Assembly: GCA_963745835.1 (NCBI GenBank) | Contig: CAVUZH010000003.1 | Coordinates: forward strand, 544,001 to 608,000 | Origin: an uncultured delta proteobacterium | GTDB taxonomy: Bacteria > Desulfobacterota > Binatia > UBA9968 | Direction of reading: 5' to 3' | Length of the DNA: 64,000 bases | Shown here: positions 29,596 through 39,894 of the stretch, one piece after another | Position numbering within the stretch: the first letter of the stretch is position 1 | Layout: every line of letters begins with the position of its first letter | Notes under the pieces: generated by a model | Databases searched by the model: none | Told to the model about the DNA's origin: nothing | The model's input: only the letters and a program-made list of their open reading frames with translations | Program-made: the position numbers and the translations under genes

Positions 29596-30477
29596 GTGAT
29601 CTTGATCGATTCTTTCTTCCTACATCAGCCGAAAACGCTACACGAGACTTTGAACTTGCTTGCAGAGAATCGTGACCAAGTCAGAATTCTCGCAGGCGGT
29701 ACTGAGCTTATCCTTCTGTTGAAGATGAGCTTGGCTAGAAGTAAGCACATCGTCAACATTAAAAAGCTTCCGGGTCTAGCCCAGCTCGAGTATGACTTCG
29801 AGTCCAACGCCTTACGAATCGGCGCGCTGGTGACACACCGCCAGCTGGAAAAATCCGAGCTTGTTAAACAGCATCATCCGTTGATTGTGCAGATGGAGAA
29901 GAGCCTGGCCAATGTCCGAATTCGTAATATTGGAACGCTCGCGGGAAATCTGTCGTTTGCCGAACCGCATGCCGACCCTGGTACGCTCTTACTCGCTCAC
30001 GACGCAGTGCTGAAAATCAACCGCGCCGGCGGTGAACGGCGTATCGAAGTAGCCGACTTTTTCGTCGATTATTATGAGACAGTGTTGGAAGGCGACGAAC
30101 TGTTAACGGAAATAGAGATTCCCGCAGCGCCACAGAACAGCACGGCAACTTATGTGCGCTTCTGTCCCGGCGAGCGTCCCATGGCCGCAGTGGCAGTCAT
30201 CCTCGGATGGAAAAATGGCGTCTGTTATAGTGCCCGCCTGGCGCTCGGCTGTGTCGGGCCTACGCCAATTCGCGTCCGTGACTCAGAGGAGTGGATGATT
30301 GGCAAGACCCCCGATGACATCATCGCTGCGGCCAAACATCTTGGCGAAACAGCCGCAGGTTATAGTCAACCGTTGGAAGATGTTTGGGGCACCGTGGAAT
30401 ATAAAAATCAGATCGTCAAGACTTTGGTCGCCCGCGCCATATCCGATGTAGCTCAAAGGACCCCGAGTCATGAATGA
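29596..30477 (+). CDS. Xanthine dehydrogenase family FAD-binding subunit (CoxM-like)
   Basis: LAGGTEL, IGALVTH, IRNIGTLAGN, AEPHAD. Confidence 0.92.
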   Translation: MILIDSFFLHQPKTLHETLNLLAENRDQVRILAGGTELILLLKMSLARSKHIVNIKKLPGLAQLEYDFESNALRIGALVTHRQLEKSELVKQHHPLIVQMEKSLANVRIRNIGTLAGNLSFAEPHADPGTLLLAHDAVLKINRAGGERRIEVADFFVDYYETVLEGDELLTEIEIPAAPQNSTATYVRFCPGERPMAAVAVILGWKNGVCYSARLALGCVGPTPIRVRDSEEWMIGKTPDDIIAAAKHLGETAAGYSQPLEDVWGTVEYKNQIVKTLVARAISDVAQRTPSHE

Positions 30478-30973
30478 AGTTTCAATTCCTGTTCAATTCC
30501 GTCTCAATGGACAGCATTGCAAGGGTAATGTGAGCTCAAGCGAATTGTTGATTGATTTTATCCGCGATCGCCTCGGCCTTTCGGGAACAAAACGTTCTTG
30601 CGATATCGAAATCTGCGGCGCTTGCACGGTGCTGCTCGAAGGCAAAGCCGTTAGCTCGTGTTCCGTCTTTGCTTTTGAGGTCGACGGCAAAGAGCTGATG
30701 ACCATCGAGGGGTTGGCGGGCCCGCAGGGATTACATCCTCTGCAGCAGGCATTTATCGACTGCGGTGGCTTTCAATGCGGCTTTTGCACGCCTGGGATGA
30801 TCATGCTGGCGAAATCCCTGCTGGATGAAAATCCTGATCCTACTGTAGACGAGATTCGCGATTACATGGACGCGAATATATGCCGCTGCACCGGTTACCA
30901 GATGATTATTGAATCGATCCGACACGCGGCCAAACAAATCAGCCTTAGGAGAACGGAACAGTGCCAGAAGTAG
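30470..30973 (+). CDS. (2Fe-2S)-binding subunit (CoxS-like)
   Basis: C....CGACTV, QCGFCTPG, N.CRCTGY. Confidence 0.94.
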   Translation: MNEVSIPVQFRLNGQHCKGNVSSSELLIDFIRDRLGLSGTKRSCDIEICGACTVLLEGKAVSSCSVFAFEVDGKELMTIEGLAGPQGLHPLQQAFIDCGGFQCGFCTPGMIMLAKSLLDENPDPTVDEIRDYMDANICRCTGYQMIIESIRHAAKQISLRRTEQCQK

Positions 30974-33273
30974 TCGGACAGAGTATTCCACGGATCGATG
31001 GCGCGGAAAAGGTTTCAGGGCGGGCGGTATACACGAGCGATCTAAAGCTTGCCGGGATGCTCCATGGTAAAATTCTCCGCAGTCCGGTTTGTCATGCCCG
31101 AATCCGCCGCATCGACTCGAGTAAAGCTGCTTCCATGGAGGGTGTCGTTGCGGTTCTTACCAGGGATAATCTGCAGGTCAGTTCGCCGCATTACGGCGCT
31201 TACATTAAAGATCAACCGATCGTAGCCCTGGAAAAGGTGCGCTACAGAGGTGATATCGTCGCAGCGGTGGCTGCCATTGACGAGAAAATTGCCGAGAAAG
31301 CATTGCGCGAGATCGAAGTAGACTACGAAGAACTGCCGGCTGTCTTCGCAGTCGATGACGCGCTGTCGACTAATGCGCCATTGATTCACGATGAGAATCC
31401 GGCACGCAAGGATCCAAGTTACGGTCATGGGGCGAGCCTCATTAGACATGACAACAGCAATATCTTTTATCATTTTCATTACGAGCGCGGCGATGTGGAG
31501 GAAGGTTTTAGACAGGCGGATCACGTCTTCACCGAGACTTATTTTTTGTCTGGAGCTCAGCATTACCCGCTCGAGTCGCATGTCTGCATCACGGATTATC
31601 AGGAGCACCAACTAACCATTTGGAGCGGTAGTCAGACGCCGTTCCCGTTGCGTCAGGAAATGGCCCGGATGTTCGGTCTTCCCTTGAGCCGTGTGCGGGT
31701 CCTCATTCCGTATGTCGGCGGCGGTTACGGTGCGAAGAGCGGCGTCAAAACTGAAGCACTGGCCGTTGCTCTGTCGCGTCTCGCCAAGAAACCGGTTCGG
31801 CTGAGCCTGAGCGCGGACGAAACGTTCCAGACGCTGTGCGACCCCAGTGCTAAGGTTGTCATGAAAACCGGCGTCACCGATGATGGCAGATTTATTGCGC
31901 GTCAATGCGAGGTCTATTTCAACGGCGGCGCCTACGCCAATTCCGGCCCTACGGTGACGGAAAGAGCCGGATACCGTGGGCATGGGCCATACCGAATTCC
32001 GCATGTCAAAACCGATTCGTACTGCATTTACACAAATACAGTCCCGGGCGGCGCCTTTCGCGGCTTCGGCGGTCCGCAAGTGTCCTTCGCCTATGAATCG
32101 CAGGCCGATACCATCGCTCGACATTTAGACATGGATCCTGTCGAGCTTCGCTTGCTGAATCTTCTCGACAAAGGCGAGTCCTACACCGCCGGCAACATCC
32201 CCATCGACTGTGATCTGAAGAGCGAGATAAAGCTCGTCGCCGAAGCCATAGGATGGGGCAGTAAAATGCCTGCGACTCAGAGGCCGGGAGTAAAGCGAGG
32301 GAAGGGCATTGCCTGTGCCGTCAAAGACGGCGGCGGCGTCAACAAGGAGGCAAATGCAACCGTCCAGATTCTAATGGACGGCAGCGTCCTACTCTTTACG
32401 GGCTCGGTGGAAATCGGCCAAGGGATACGGACGGCGCTGATGCAGATCGTAGCTCAAGAGCTACAAGCACCTCCTGGGCGAATCCAGGTAGCCCCGCTTG
32501 ATTCACAGTACACGCCATTCGACAGAGGCACTCACGCCAGCAGCGCCATTACGGTCATGGGTAAGGCGGTTCAAGCCGCGGCGCAAGATGCTCGCGATCA
32601 GCTTATTTCGATGGCGGCGGCATCATTCGGAGTGGCGCCATCGACCGTTGAGTACAATGGAGAAAAACTTTCGTCCGGCGCACAGCATGCGACTATTTCG
32701 CAGGTCATGCGCCAGCACTTCAACGATCTCGAGGGCGAGATCCTGGGTCGGGGTCGTTTCAAGGTTGAGCGTAGGGATGACGCGCCGCTCGGATATCCCG
32801 CGACCTTTTGGGAAAACGGCCTGGCCGCGACTGAGGTCGAAGTAGATGAGATGACCGGCCAGGTGAGGATCTTAAATTACATCTCTCTCACCGACGCCGG
32901 GAAAATGATCAATCCACTCCACTGTAAGGGGCAAGAGGAAGGCTCGGTATTGTTCGGCATCGGTCACGCGCTCTATGAGGAGCTGGTTCATAAGGACGGG
33001 CAGCTCATCAATCCTAACCTGGTGGATTATCGCCTGCCCAGATTTCGTGATGTGCCGCGGATGTCGAAATCCATCATCCTCGAGGAGGCAAGCGGTAGCG
33101 GGCCGTTCGGCGCTAAAGGTATCGGCGAGGGAGGAACTCTGGCCGCTGCGGCAGCTATCTGTAACGCGGTCTTCGATGCCATAGGGGTCCGTATCCGCCG
33201 AGTTCCTCTGACCGGACAAACAGTCTGGGCGGCGTGTTCCGAGGATCGTGACGCGGCAAAACAAGGAGGATAA
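30961..33273 (+). CDS. Xanthine dehydrogenase family molybdopterin-binding subunit
   Basis: GGGYGAK, AFRGFG.PQ, EIGQG, GAKGIGEG. Confidence 0.94.
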   Translation: MPEVVGQSIPRIDGAEKVSGRAVYTSDLKLAGMLHGKILRSPVCHARIRRIDSSKAASMEGVVAVLTRDNLQVSSPHYGAYIKDQPIVALEKVRYRGDIVAAVAAIDEKIAEKALREIEVDYEELPAVFAVDDALSTNAPLIHDENPARKDPSYGHGASLIRHDNSNIFYHFHYERGDVEEGFRQADHVFTETYFLSGAQHYPLESHVCITDYQEHQLTIWSGSQTPFPLRQEMARMFGLPLSRVRVLIPYVGGGYGAKSGVKTEALAVALSRLAKKPVRLSLSADETFQTLCDPSAKVVMKTGVTDDGRFIARQCEVYFNGGAYANSGPTVTERAGYRGHGPYRIPHVKTDSYCIYTNTVPGGAFRGFGGPQVSFAYESQADTIARHLDMDPVELRLLNLLDKGESYTAGNIPIDCDLKSEIKLVAEAIGWGSKMPATQRPGVKRGKGIACAVKDGGGVNKEANATVQILMDGSVLLFTGSVEIGQGIRTALMQIVAQELQAPPGRIQVAPLDSQYTPFDRGTHASSAITVMGKAVQAAAQDARDQLISMAAASFGVAPSTVEYNGEKLSSGAQHATISQVMRQHFNDLEGEILGRGRFKVERRDDAPLGYPATFWENGLAATEVEVDEMTGQVRILNYISLTDAGKMINPLHCKGQEEGSVLFGIGHALYEELVHKDGQLINPNLVDYRLPRFRDVPRMSKSIILEEASGSGPFGAKGIGEGGTLAAAAAICNAVFDAIGVRIRRVPLTGQTVWAACSEDRDAAKQGG

Positions 33274-33277
33274 AGCT

Positions 33278-33697
33278 ATGTCTATGACGCTCGATCTTGC
33301 CGAAGAATGCATTCGCAGGGTCAAAGAGAAGTCCGCCGAGATGAAGGTAACCATGTTTATTGCCGTGGTCGACGAGATGGGCAAGCTCGTTGCATTCGCT
33401 CGCATGGGCGGACCTACCGGCGGATTCGGAGAAAAAATCGCCATTGCTAAAGCTAAGACAGCCGTCGCTTATAAGAGAGACACAAAAGAGACGATGGAGC
33501 GATACGCCAATTATCCGGGTAATTATTTCATTACCGGAATGTCCGGATTGTATCCCGATGAATTTTGGGGCGGGCCCGGCGGTATCCCAATTACTCTGGA
33601 TGGCAAGATTGTCGGCGGACTCGGCGTATCCGGTTCGACTCCTGAGAATGATCACAAATGTGTCACTGAAGTGATTGCAGACATGCAGCGGAAATGA
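33278..33697 (+). CDS. GlcG/HbpS-family heme-binding protein
   Basis: IAVVD..G.LVAF.RM, IA.AKA.TA, GGIPI...G.IVGGLGVSG. Confidence 0.9.
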   Translation: MSMTLDLAEECIRRVKEKSAEMKVTMFIAVVDEMGKLVAFARMGGPTGGFGEKIAIAKAKTAVAYKRDTKETMERYANYPGNYFITGMSGLYPDEFWGGPGGIPITLDGKIVGGLGVSGSTPENDHKCVTEVIADMQRK

Positions 33698-33911
33698 CCT
33701 GGCGATGTAGGGGGAAATAGCGTGGCACTGACTCTACGCGGAATGAAATTGAACCGTCCTCGATATGGAAGAGTTTATTGCCTAATCGAGCAATCGTTTT
33801 CGAACCTTGAAACAGCAAGGCGGACATGCCGCTAGGGGACAATACGGTGGCGCAGCCGCCCGGTCTAATCAATGTGATGCCCGCTTATGTGGCGATGCCG
33901 AGGGGAAATCG

Positions 33912-34910
33912 ATGCAGATCATCAAGACGTCTCTAAAGCTGTGGCTATTCCTCATGACGATGATCGTGACGTCGTTTCCTGCCGATGCCCAGCAGCTCAG
34001 AAAGGTACCTGTCGGCATCCCGGCTATCGGCATCTCTTCGGGAAGCTTCATCGTCGCCAAGGAGGCAGGTTTTTACCGGGAAGAAGGTTTAGATGTCGAG
34101 TTGGTGGTGATGCGAGGGGCGCCCGCGATACAGGGATTGATCGGCGGTACCGTTCCGTTTGCCAGCTCCGGCGGCGCCGGCATGCTACCGATAGTTAGAG
34201 GCGCGCCGCTGCGGATTATGTACACGACATTTTACCGGCCCATGTTTTGGCTCTACTCGAAAGCTGAGATCCGAACCATCGACGATCTTCGCGGTAAAAA
34301 AATAGGTGTGTCCAGCATCGGCAGCGGTCCGGATTCGTTGTTGCGGGGACTGTTGAAACAGCACAATATGGACGGCGGTCGCGACGTTATCATTGTTTCA
34401 ACCGGCGCTGGAACAGCCCGTTTCATTTCACTGAAGACTGGTATAACCGATGCGGCGGTGCTCAATGAACAGGCTGCGCTGATGGCGCAAGAGTCCGGCA
34501 TGCGTCAGCTGTTTGCTTTCACATCCGGCGATGAATTTGTCGAAGTTCAGGGTAGCGTCGTGCTGCGCGACTCCCTCGTACAAACAGATCCGCAACTGGT
34601 CGAGAAATTTATTCGTGGCACATTAAAGGGGGGCCTCTATCTCAAGGATAACCGGCCGGGGTCGATTAAAATCCATTCTCGGGTTTTGAAGGTCAATGAA
34701 AATATGGCTGGCAGAATCTATGATCTGGCCAGACCTGGAGTGACCACGGATGGAACGGTGAGTGAGGAGCTGCAGAAGAAGGCCATCGACCAGATTCTCG
34801 AGCGGACCGATGTCAAAGAAATCCCGGCGCCGAGCAAGGTTTTTGATTTTGGCATAACCAGGAAAGTTTATGCGGAACTCCAGGCCAAAGGGTGGAAGGC
34901 TGCACCCTGA
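33912..34910 (+). CDS. NitT/TauT-family ABC substrate-binding protein
   Basis: AKEAGFYREEGLDVELV, DLRGKKIGVSSIGS. Confidence 0.9.
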   Translation: MQIIKTSLKLWLFLMTMIVTSFPADAQQLRKVPVGIPAIGISSGSFIVAKEAGFYREEGLDVELVVMRGAPAIQGLIGGTVPFASSGGAGMLPIVRGAPLRIMYTTFYRPMFWLYSKAEIRTIDDLRGKKIGVSSIGSGPDSLLRGLLKQHNMDGGRDVIIVSTGAGTARFISLKTGITDAAVLNEQAALMAQESGMRQLFAFTSGDEFVEVQGSVVLRDSLVQTDPQLVEKFIRGTLKGGLYLKDNRPGSIKIHSRVLKVNENMAGRIYDLARPGVTTDGTVSEELQKKAIDQILERTDVKEIPAPSKVFDFGITRKVYAELQAKGWKAAP

Positions 34911-34932
34911 TAGAGTTGTCGTGCTCGGACTG

Positions 34933-35049
34933 CGCACGGCCAAGCGCGCCAGCGCTCCATGGACGTGGTGCATGCCCGGAGCGATCTTTCCGAAAGCGCA
35001 AAGAAAAAGATCCTCGGCGAAAATGCCGCGAGATTTTACGATCTGTAGT
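34933..35049 (+). pseudogene. 3'-end remnant duplicating amidohydrolase region 24724-24841
   Basis: Near-identical sequence including aaagaaaaagatcctcggcgaaaatgccgcgagattttacga; retains the FYDL* stop. Confidence 0.92.
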
Positions 35050-35093
35050 GCCGCTCCGGTCCGCTTATTATCTGTCGCCCGGCGCTTAGCTCG

Positions 35094-35261
35094 TTAGCAC
35101 GCTGCTCAAAAAGATCCAAGGCGAGGCGCGTGAAAATCGATCCTTCGGCTTTCGCTCGGGACAGGCTCCCTGCTCTTTGCACCTCGCGGTTTACAGGTAG
35201 TACGTCGACGCGAGAAGTTTAAGTGCAACGAAATATATGGGTCTTTTTCAGCGGCGTGTAA
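35094..35261 (+). mobile_element. MITE family A, copy 2
   Basis: GCACGCTGCTCAAAAAGATCCA..GGCGAGGCG ... GCAACGAA.TATATGGG.CTTTTTCAGCGGCGTG. Confidence 0.7.
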
Positions 35262-36240
35262 ACGCCGGCAAGACTTCTTGTCCCAAAAGGTCCACTTGTT
35301 CGTGCCAATCGGCGTAACGGAAACGCAGATCATAAACGATGTGATCGGCGCCGGCCTCTTCATAGGCGCGCGTCTCACGGATCACATCTGCCGGCGTTCC
35401 CGCCAGGATCAAACCCCGGATATCATCCAATCTTGAAAACACGCCGCTCGGCGGTTTAACCCAGGTTGGAAACTTGTTGGCCTCCTGCAGCAATGACTCG
35501 ATGCTTATCTTGCTCAGCGCCGTGTTGCGCTCCCTATCGACGCTGGTAAACGGCATCACCGCCGCGCTGATCATCGGTTTGTTCGTGTTTCGACAGAGCT
35601 CTCCCAGGTAACCGATGAGTTTTTCGAAAGTCGCCAGCGTGGTTCGCGCCGGCATCCAGCCGTCGCAGTACTCCACCGCGCGCCGGCAGGCGGCCGGAGT
35701 GCCACCACCGTACCAGATTGGAATCGGGCGAACCGGACAGGGCTTCAGCGCAATGTCGGCAAACTGAAAATACTCATCTTTAAAAGAGACCCTTTCACCA
35801 GTCCACAACCGTCGGCAAATTTGCACGTTGCTTCTAACCAACTCGGCGCGTTGCTCGATAGCAGTCGGGTAACCTGCCGCGGCAAACTCGTGCGGGAATC
35901 CGCCCAAACCAATGCCCATGATGACTCGGCCGCGCGAAATCACGCTCAAGCCGGCAAAGAGTTGCGCTAGGTAGATCGGGTGGCGATGGCAAATCGCCAT
36001 CGAAGTCCCGAGCGATATGGTGTTTGTCACAGCGGCAATCGCCGAAAGCAGCAACAAGCCTTCAACGTGAGTATTGTCGCTGCCCTCGATACCATGCGGT
36101 TCGAACACCAGGTGATCCCGCACCCACACAGAGTCGAAGCCATAGGTCTCCGCGCGTTGCGCGCCTTCAAGGCAATTTGCCACCGATGCATGCTCGCAGA
36201 AATGCGGTAGCAGCAGCCCGAATTTCAGATTTGTCCCCAT
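35248..36240 (-). CDS. LLM-class flavin-dependent oxidoreductase
   Basis: AE.YGFDSVWV.DH, S.GR...G.GLG....EF, P.P...IPIW.GG. Confidence 0.92.
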   Translation of the reverse strand: MGTNLKFGLLLPHFCEHASVANCLEGAQRAETYGFDSVWVRDHLVFEPHGIEGSDNTHVEGLLLLSAIAAVTNTISLGTSMAICHRHPIYLAQLFAGLSVISRGRVIMGIGLGGFPHEFAAAGYPTAIEQRAELVRSNVQICRRLWTGERVSFKDEYFQFADIALKPCPVRPIPIWYGGGTPAACRRAVEYCDGWMPARTTLATFEKLIGYLGELCRNTNKPMISAAVMPFTSVDRERNTALSKISIESLLQEANKFPTWVKPPSGVFSRLDDIRGLILAGTPADVIRETRAYEEAGADHIVYDLRFRYADWHEQVDLLGQEVLPAFTRR

Positions 36241-36330
36241 AGCGTAATCGCAGCCGGTTTGATTCTTTCTTGCACAATCCAATTTGACAGGCTAGCTTGA
36301 AAAACCACTTTCAAGGGAAATGATAAGACA

Positions 36331-38013
36331 ATGAGCACGGAACCCAATAAGGTCATCTATTCGATGGTCGGCGTCAGTAAGTTTTACGACAAGAAAGCCG
36401 TCCTGAAAGATATTTATCTCTCCTATTTCTACGGCGCCAAGATCGGCGTCCTCGGTCTCAACGGATCTGGCAAATCCTCGCTGCTGCGCATACTCGCTGG
36501 AGTTGACAAGGATTTCAACGGCGAGGCGATCCTCTCGCCGGGCTACACGATTGGCTATCTTGAGCAGGAACCATTGATCGCCGAGGCGCGGACCGTGCGC
36601 GAAGTTGTCGAAGAAGCCGTCCAGGAGACGGTTGATTTGTTGAAAGAGTTTGAAGAGATCAGCGCCAAGTTCGCGGAAGACATGTCCGACGATGAAATGA
36701 ACGCGCTGCTCGAGCGCCAGGGTGCGGTGCAGGAGAAGCTCGATCATCAGGACGCATGGGACCTTGATGCGCGGTTGGAGATGGCCATGGATGCGCTGCG
36801 CTGCCCGCCTCCGGAGACGCCGGTCAAGGTGTTGTCCGGCGGCGAGCGTCGACGGGTCGGGTTGTGCCGCTTGCTTTTGCAGAAGCCCGACATTCTTTTA
36901 CTCGATGAGCCCACCAATCACCTGGATGCCGAGTCCGTGGCGTGGCTTGAGCATCACCTGCAGAGTTATCCCGGAACCGTCATCGCGGTGACTCACGACC
37001 GTTATTTTCTCGACAATGTCGCGGGTTGGATTCTTGAGCTCGACCGCGGCCAGGGCATTCCATGGCAAGGGAATTACACATCGTGGTTGGAACAGAAGCA
37101 GGAACGTCTGCGCCGCCAGGAAAAATCCGAAAGCGAAAGGCAAAAGACGCTACAGCGCGAGCTCGAGTGGATTCGTATGTCGCCGAAGGCGCGGCGGGCC
37201 AAGGGCAAGGCGCGCATCAATGCCTATGATGCGCTGCTTGAGCAAGAGTCACAGAAGCGCCGCGAAGATCTAGATCTTCACATTCCGCCCGGGCCGCGCC
37301 TGGGCAACACCGTGATCGAAGCGGAAGGAGTTTCCAAGGCCTATGGCGATCACCTGCTGGTCGACGATATGAGCTTTTCGCTCCCTCCTGGCGGCATCAT
37401 CGGCGTCATCGGTCCGAACGGCGCCGGCAAGACGACTTTGTTTCGGATGATTACAGGGCAGGAGCAACCCGACAGCGGAACGATTCGCATCGGTGAAACG
37501 GTGGGCCTTGGATACGTCGATCAGAGCCGAATCCTCGATCCGGAAAAATCGATTTGGGAGGAAATCACTGGCGGCGCGGATTCACTGAAGCTCGGCGCGC
37601 GCGAGATGAACTCGCGCGCCTATGTGGCGCGGTTTAATTTCTCCGGAACCGATCAACAAAAGAAAGTCGGGATGTTGTCGGGTGGCGAACGCAATCGGGT
37701 TCATCTCGCAAAAATGTTGAAAGGGGGCGCCAACGTTTTGTTGCTCGACGAGCCGACCAACGATCTGGATGTTAATACGTTGCGCGCTCTGGAGGAGGCA
37801 CTGGAGAATTTCGCCGGCTGCGCTGTGGTAATTTCCCACGATCGCTGGTTTCTCGATCGGATCGCGACCCATATTCTGGCATTCGAAGGCGACAGCAAAG
37901 TCGTTTGGTTTGATGGCAATTATTCGGAGTATGAGGCGGATCGGAAACAGCGGCTGGGCGCGGCAGCGGAACAACCGCATCGAATCAAGTACCGCCGGTT
38001 AACGCGAGCCTGA
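36331..38013 (+). CDS. ettA: Energy-dependent translational throttle protein EttA (ABC-F)
   Basis: [15 protein letters not shown], two ABC domains, ELEWIR linker, HRIKYR tail. Confidence 0.96.
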   Translation: MSTEPNKVIYSMVGVSKFYDKKAVLKDIYLSYFYGAKIGVLGLNGSGKSSLLRILAGVDKDFNGEAILSPGYTIGYLEQEPLIAEARTVREVVEEAVQETVDLLKEFEEISAKFAEDMSDDEMNALLERQGAVQEKLDHQDAWDLDARLEMAMDALRCPPPETPVKVLSGGERRRVGLCRLLLQKPDILLLDEPTNHLDAESVAWLEHHLQSYPGTVIAVTHDRYFLDNVAGWILELDRGQGIPWQGNYTSWLEQKQERLRRQEKSESERQKTLQRELEWIRMSPKARRAKGKARINAYDALLEQESQKRREDLDLHIPPGPRLGNTVIEAEGVSKAYGDHLLVDDMSFSLPPGGIIGVIGPNGAGKTTLFRMITGQEQPDSGTIRIGETVGLGYVDQSRILDPEKSIWEEITGGADSLKLGAREMNSRAYVARFNFSGTDQQKKVGMLSGGERNRVHLAKMLKGGANVLLLDEPTNDLDVNTLRALEEALENFAGCAVVISHDRWFLDRIATHILAFEGDSKVVWFDGNYSEYEADRKQRLGAAAEQPHRIKYRRLTRA

Positions 38014-38014
38014 A

Positions 38015-38140
38015 GCAGGCTGTCCAAAAAGGCCCACCTGCTTCGTTGCGCTCGTCCGTCTCGCTTCAACGTGCTGAAGCGTACGCCTCAGCTCATCGAA
38101 CTTCGCGCGTCTCGCATCTGGATCTTTTTGAACAGCCTGC
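38015..38140 (-). mobile_element. MITE family A, copy 3 (inverted)
   Basis: GCAGGCTGTCCAAAAA ... TTTTTGAACAGCCTGC; revcomp matches the internal blocks of copies 1 and 2. Confidence 0.78.
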
Positions 38141-38237
38141 AAACTTTTAGGGTGGCAACGTTTTAGGTTCGACGAGATCTGTTAACTCGAATCTTTAGCG
38201 TTTGGGCAACCCTGTTCAACGATTCTTTTCGCGCAAT

Positions 38238-39692
38238 CTAGTACGGGCCGCCGGCGCGTTTGCGCGCTGCATTGAATGACTCGGCAGCCTTGTGAATCAC
38301 CTCTTGAGCATCCAACGCAAGCAACTCTCCCTTGTGCTTGAGAATGCGCCCATCGATCACCACCGTATCGACGTTAAATGGTTGCGCTTGTTGCACCAGC
38401 AGCAGGGCGGGATTGAAAAACGGCGCGACATTGAGGTCGTCCGTTCGTACCAGGATCAGATCGGCGCGTTTGCCGGGACTCAGCGATCCGATCCTATCGG
38501 CGATGCCGAGATCTTTGGCGCCGTCGAGCGTGGCCAGCTCTAATATCCGCCGCGGTTGCACTTCCATGACATTCATCGAGCGCAGATGATTGAGCTGGAG
38601 CATCAGCCGCATGATGCCGAACATATCCGCATTGCCGCCAACCGTGGTGGTATCCACCGAGAGACTGCATTGAACCCCTTTACTCAGGAGATCGCCGAGG
38701 TAGGGTAGCCCGGAAGCGAGCCGCGACGCGGTGAACGGCGCGATACTCACGTGTGTTTTGGTTTCGGCAATCATGGCGCGTTCTTCGGGCGAGGCGCTGT
38801 AAGTGTGAATGAGCTGCACATCGGGACCCAATAGCTTGTCGTTGTACAGCATTTCGATGCGGCGAAATCTTTTGATCTCCGCCAGCGAGCGTCCGGCGTG
38901 CTGTGTAATCGGCAGTCCCTGGCTGCGAGCGAACTCCCACTCGGCCCGGTATACCTTGGGCGGCGTATCGCCCGCGCCGCGCGACGCAAATCCCATGGTC
39001 GTCAAACCGTCGTTCGATGAGCCAAACCATTCGCCCTTGACCCGGGCGATATCGGCGAAGTCGGCGGTCTGCTCCGGCTTGGTCTGCAAGTTCCTACTGT
39101 AGCCGTAAGAAAAGCGTGCGCGGATCCCGGTGTCGCGAATTGCGCGCAGATCGGCGTCGGCATAAGCGCCGGAAATAATATTGTGCGACCAGTCGTGAAT
39201 CGTGGTAAGCCCGGAGTTGATGGCTTCGGCGATGCCGAGCCGGGCGCTGTTATATGCATCGTCGGGAGTCATCGCTGGTCCGAGCCGGCTCATCACGGGA
39301 AAATAATCGAATTCGCCATCGGCGACGATGCCGCGTGCGAAACTGCCCCACAGATGAAAATGAGTATCGACGAAGCCCGGTAAAGCAATGCGGTTGGTGC
39401 CGTCGATCTGTTCGACGCCGTGCGCGGTAAGATTCGGGCCTACTGCGATCAGCTCGCCGTTGCGCACGTGGACATCGCCGCGCGGGATATCGCCGAGTTT
39501 AGCGTCCATGGTTACCACGTAGGCATTGCGCACCACGAATTCACGGCGCGGGGGGAGCGGCCCCGTTCGGCCGAGCGCCGCCGATCTTGACGCCTGCCGT
39601 TCATTGCTCGCGCAGCTCGCGAGACCGAGCGAGCCCAATGCGGCCACGGCCTCCAAGAAACCCCGGCGACTGATTGTATTGTGTTGGTTCAT
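38238..39692 (-). CDS. TRZ/ATZ-like metal-dependent amidohydrolase/deaminase with Tat lipoprotein signal
   Basis: SRRGFL...LASC; PGFVDTHFH, G.TTIHD, QH, LSVD, GSL.PGKRADL. Confidence 0.9.
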   Translation of the reverse strand: MNQHNTISRRGFLEAVAALGSLGLASCASNERQASRSAALGRTGPLPPRREFVVRNAYVVTMDAKLGDIPRGDVHVRNGELIAVGPNLTAHGVEQIDGTNRIALPGFVDTHFHLWGSFARGIVADGEFDYFPVMSRLGPAMTPDDAYNSARLGIAEAINSGLTTIHDWSHNIISGAYADADLRAIRDTGIRARFSYGYSRNLQTKPEQTADFADIARVKGEWFGSSNDGLTTMGFASRGAGDTPPKVYRAEWEFARSQGLPITQHAGRSLAEIKRFRRIEMLYNDKLLGPDVQLIHTYSASPEERAMIAETKTHVSIAPFTASRLASGLPYLGDLLSKGVQCSLSVDTTTVGGNADMFGIMRLMLQLNHLRSMNVMEVQPRRILELATLDGAKDLGIADRIGSLSPGKRADLILVRTDDLNVAPFFNPALLLVQQAQPFNVDTVVIDGRILKHKGELLALDAQEVIHKAAESFNAARKRAGGPY

Positions 39693-39894
39693 ACTCGGCT
39701 CCTATTGTTTCGGTCTTGCGTGACAGTAAATCTCACTCGATGTGGACACTAGTCGTGAGCGAATGCCGAGTCAAGAAATAGAGCTATCTTCGTAGCGCGA
39801 TGCTAGAAGCAGGACTTTCGAGATTTGAATTTTTCAAGTAAGGATCAGACGAGGAGTGACAAGTCGATTCCTAGGGTGCGCGGCGCGTGGCATT

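Noticed and set aside
29596-33273. Aerobic CO dehydrogenase (coxMSL)
   Set aside because: Active-site loop is AFRGFG, not form I AYxCSFR or form II AYRGAGR; no cox accessory genes
36331-38013. ABC ATPase serving the orphan SBPs
   Set aside because: It is the ABC-F translation factor EttA, not an importer ATPase
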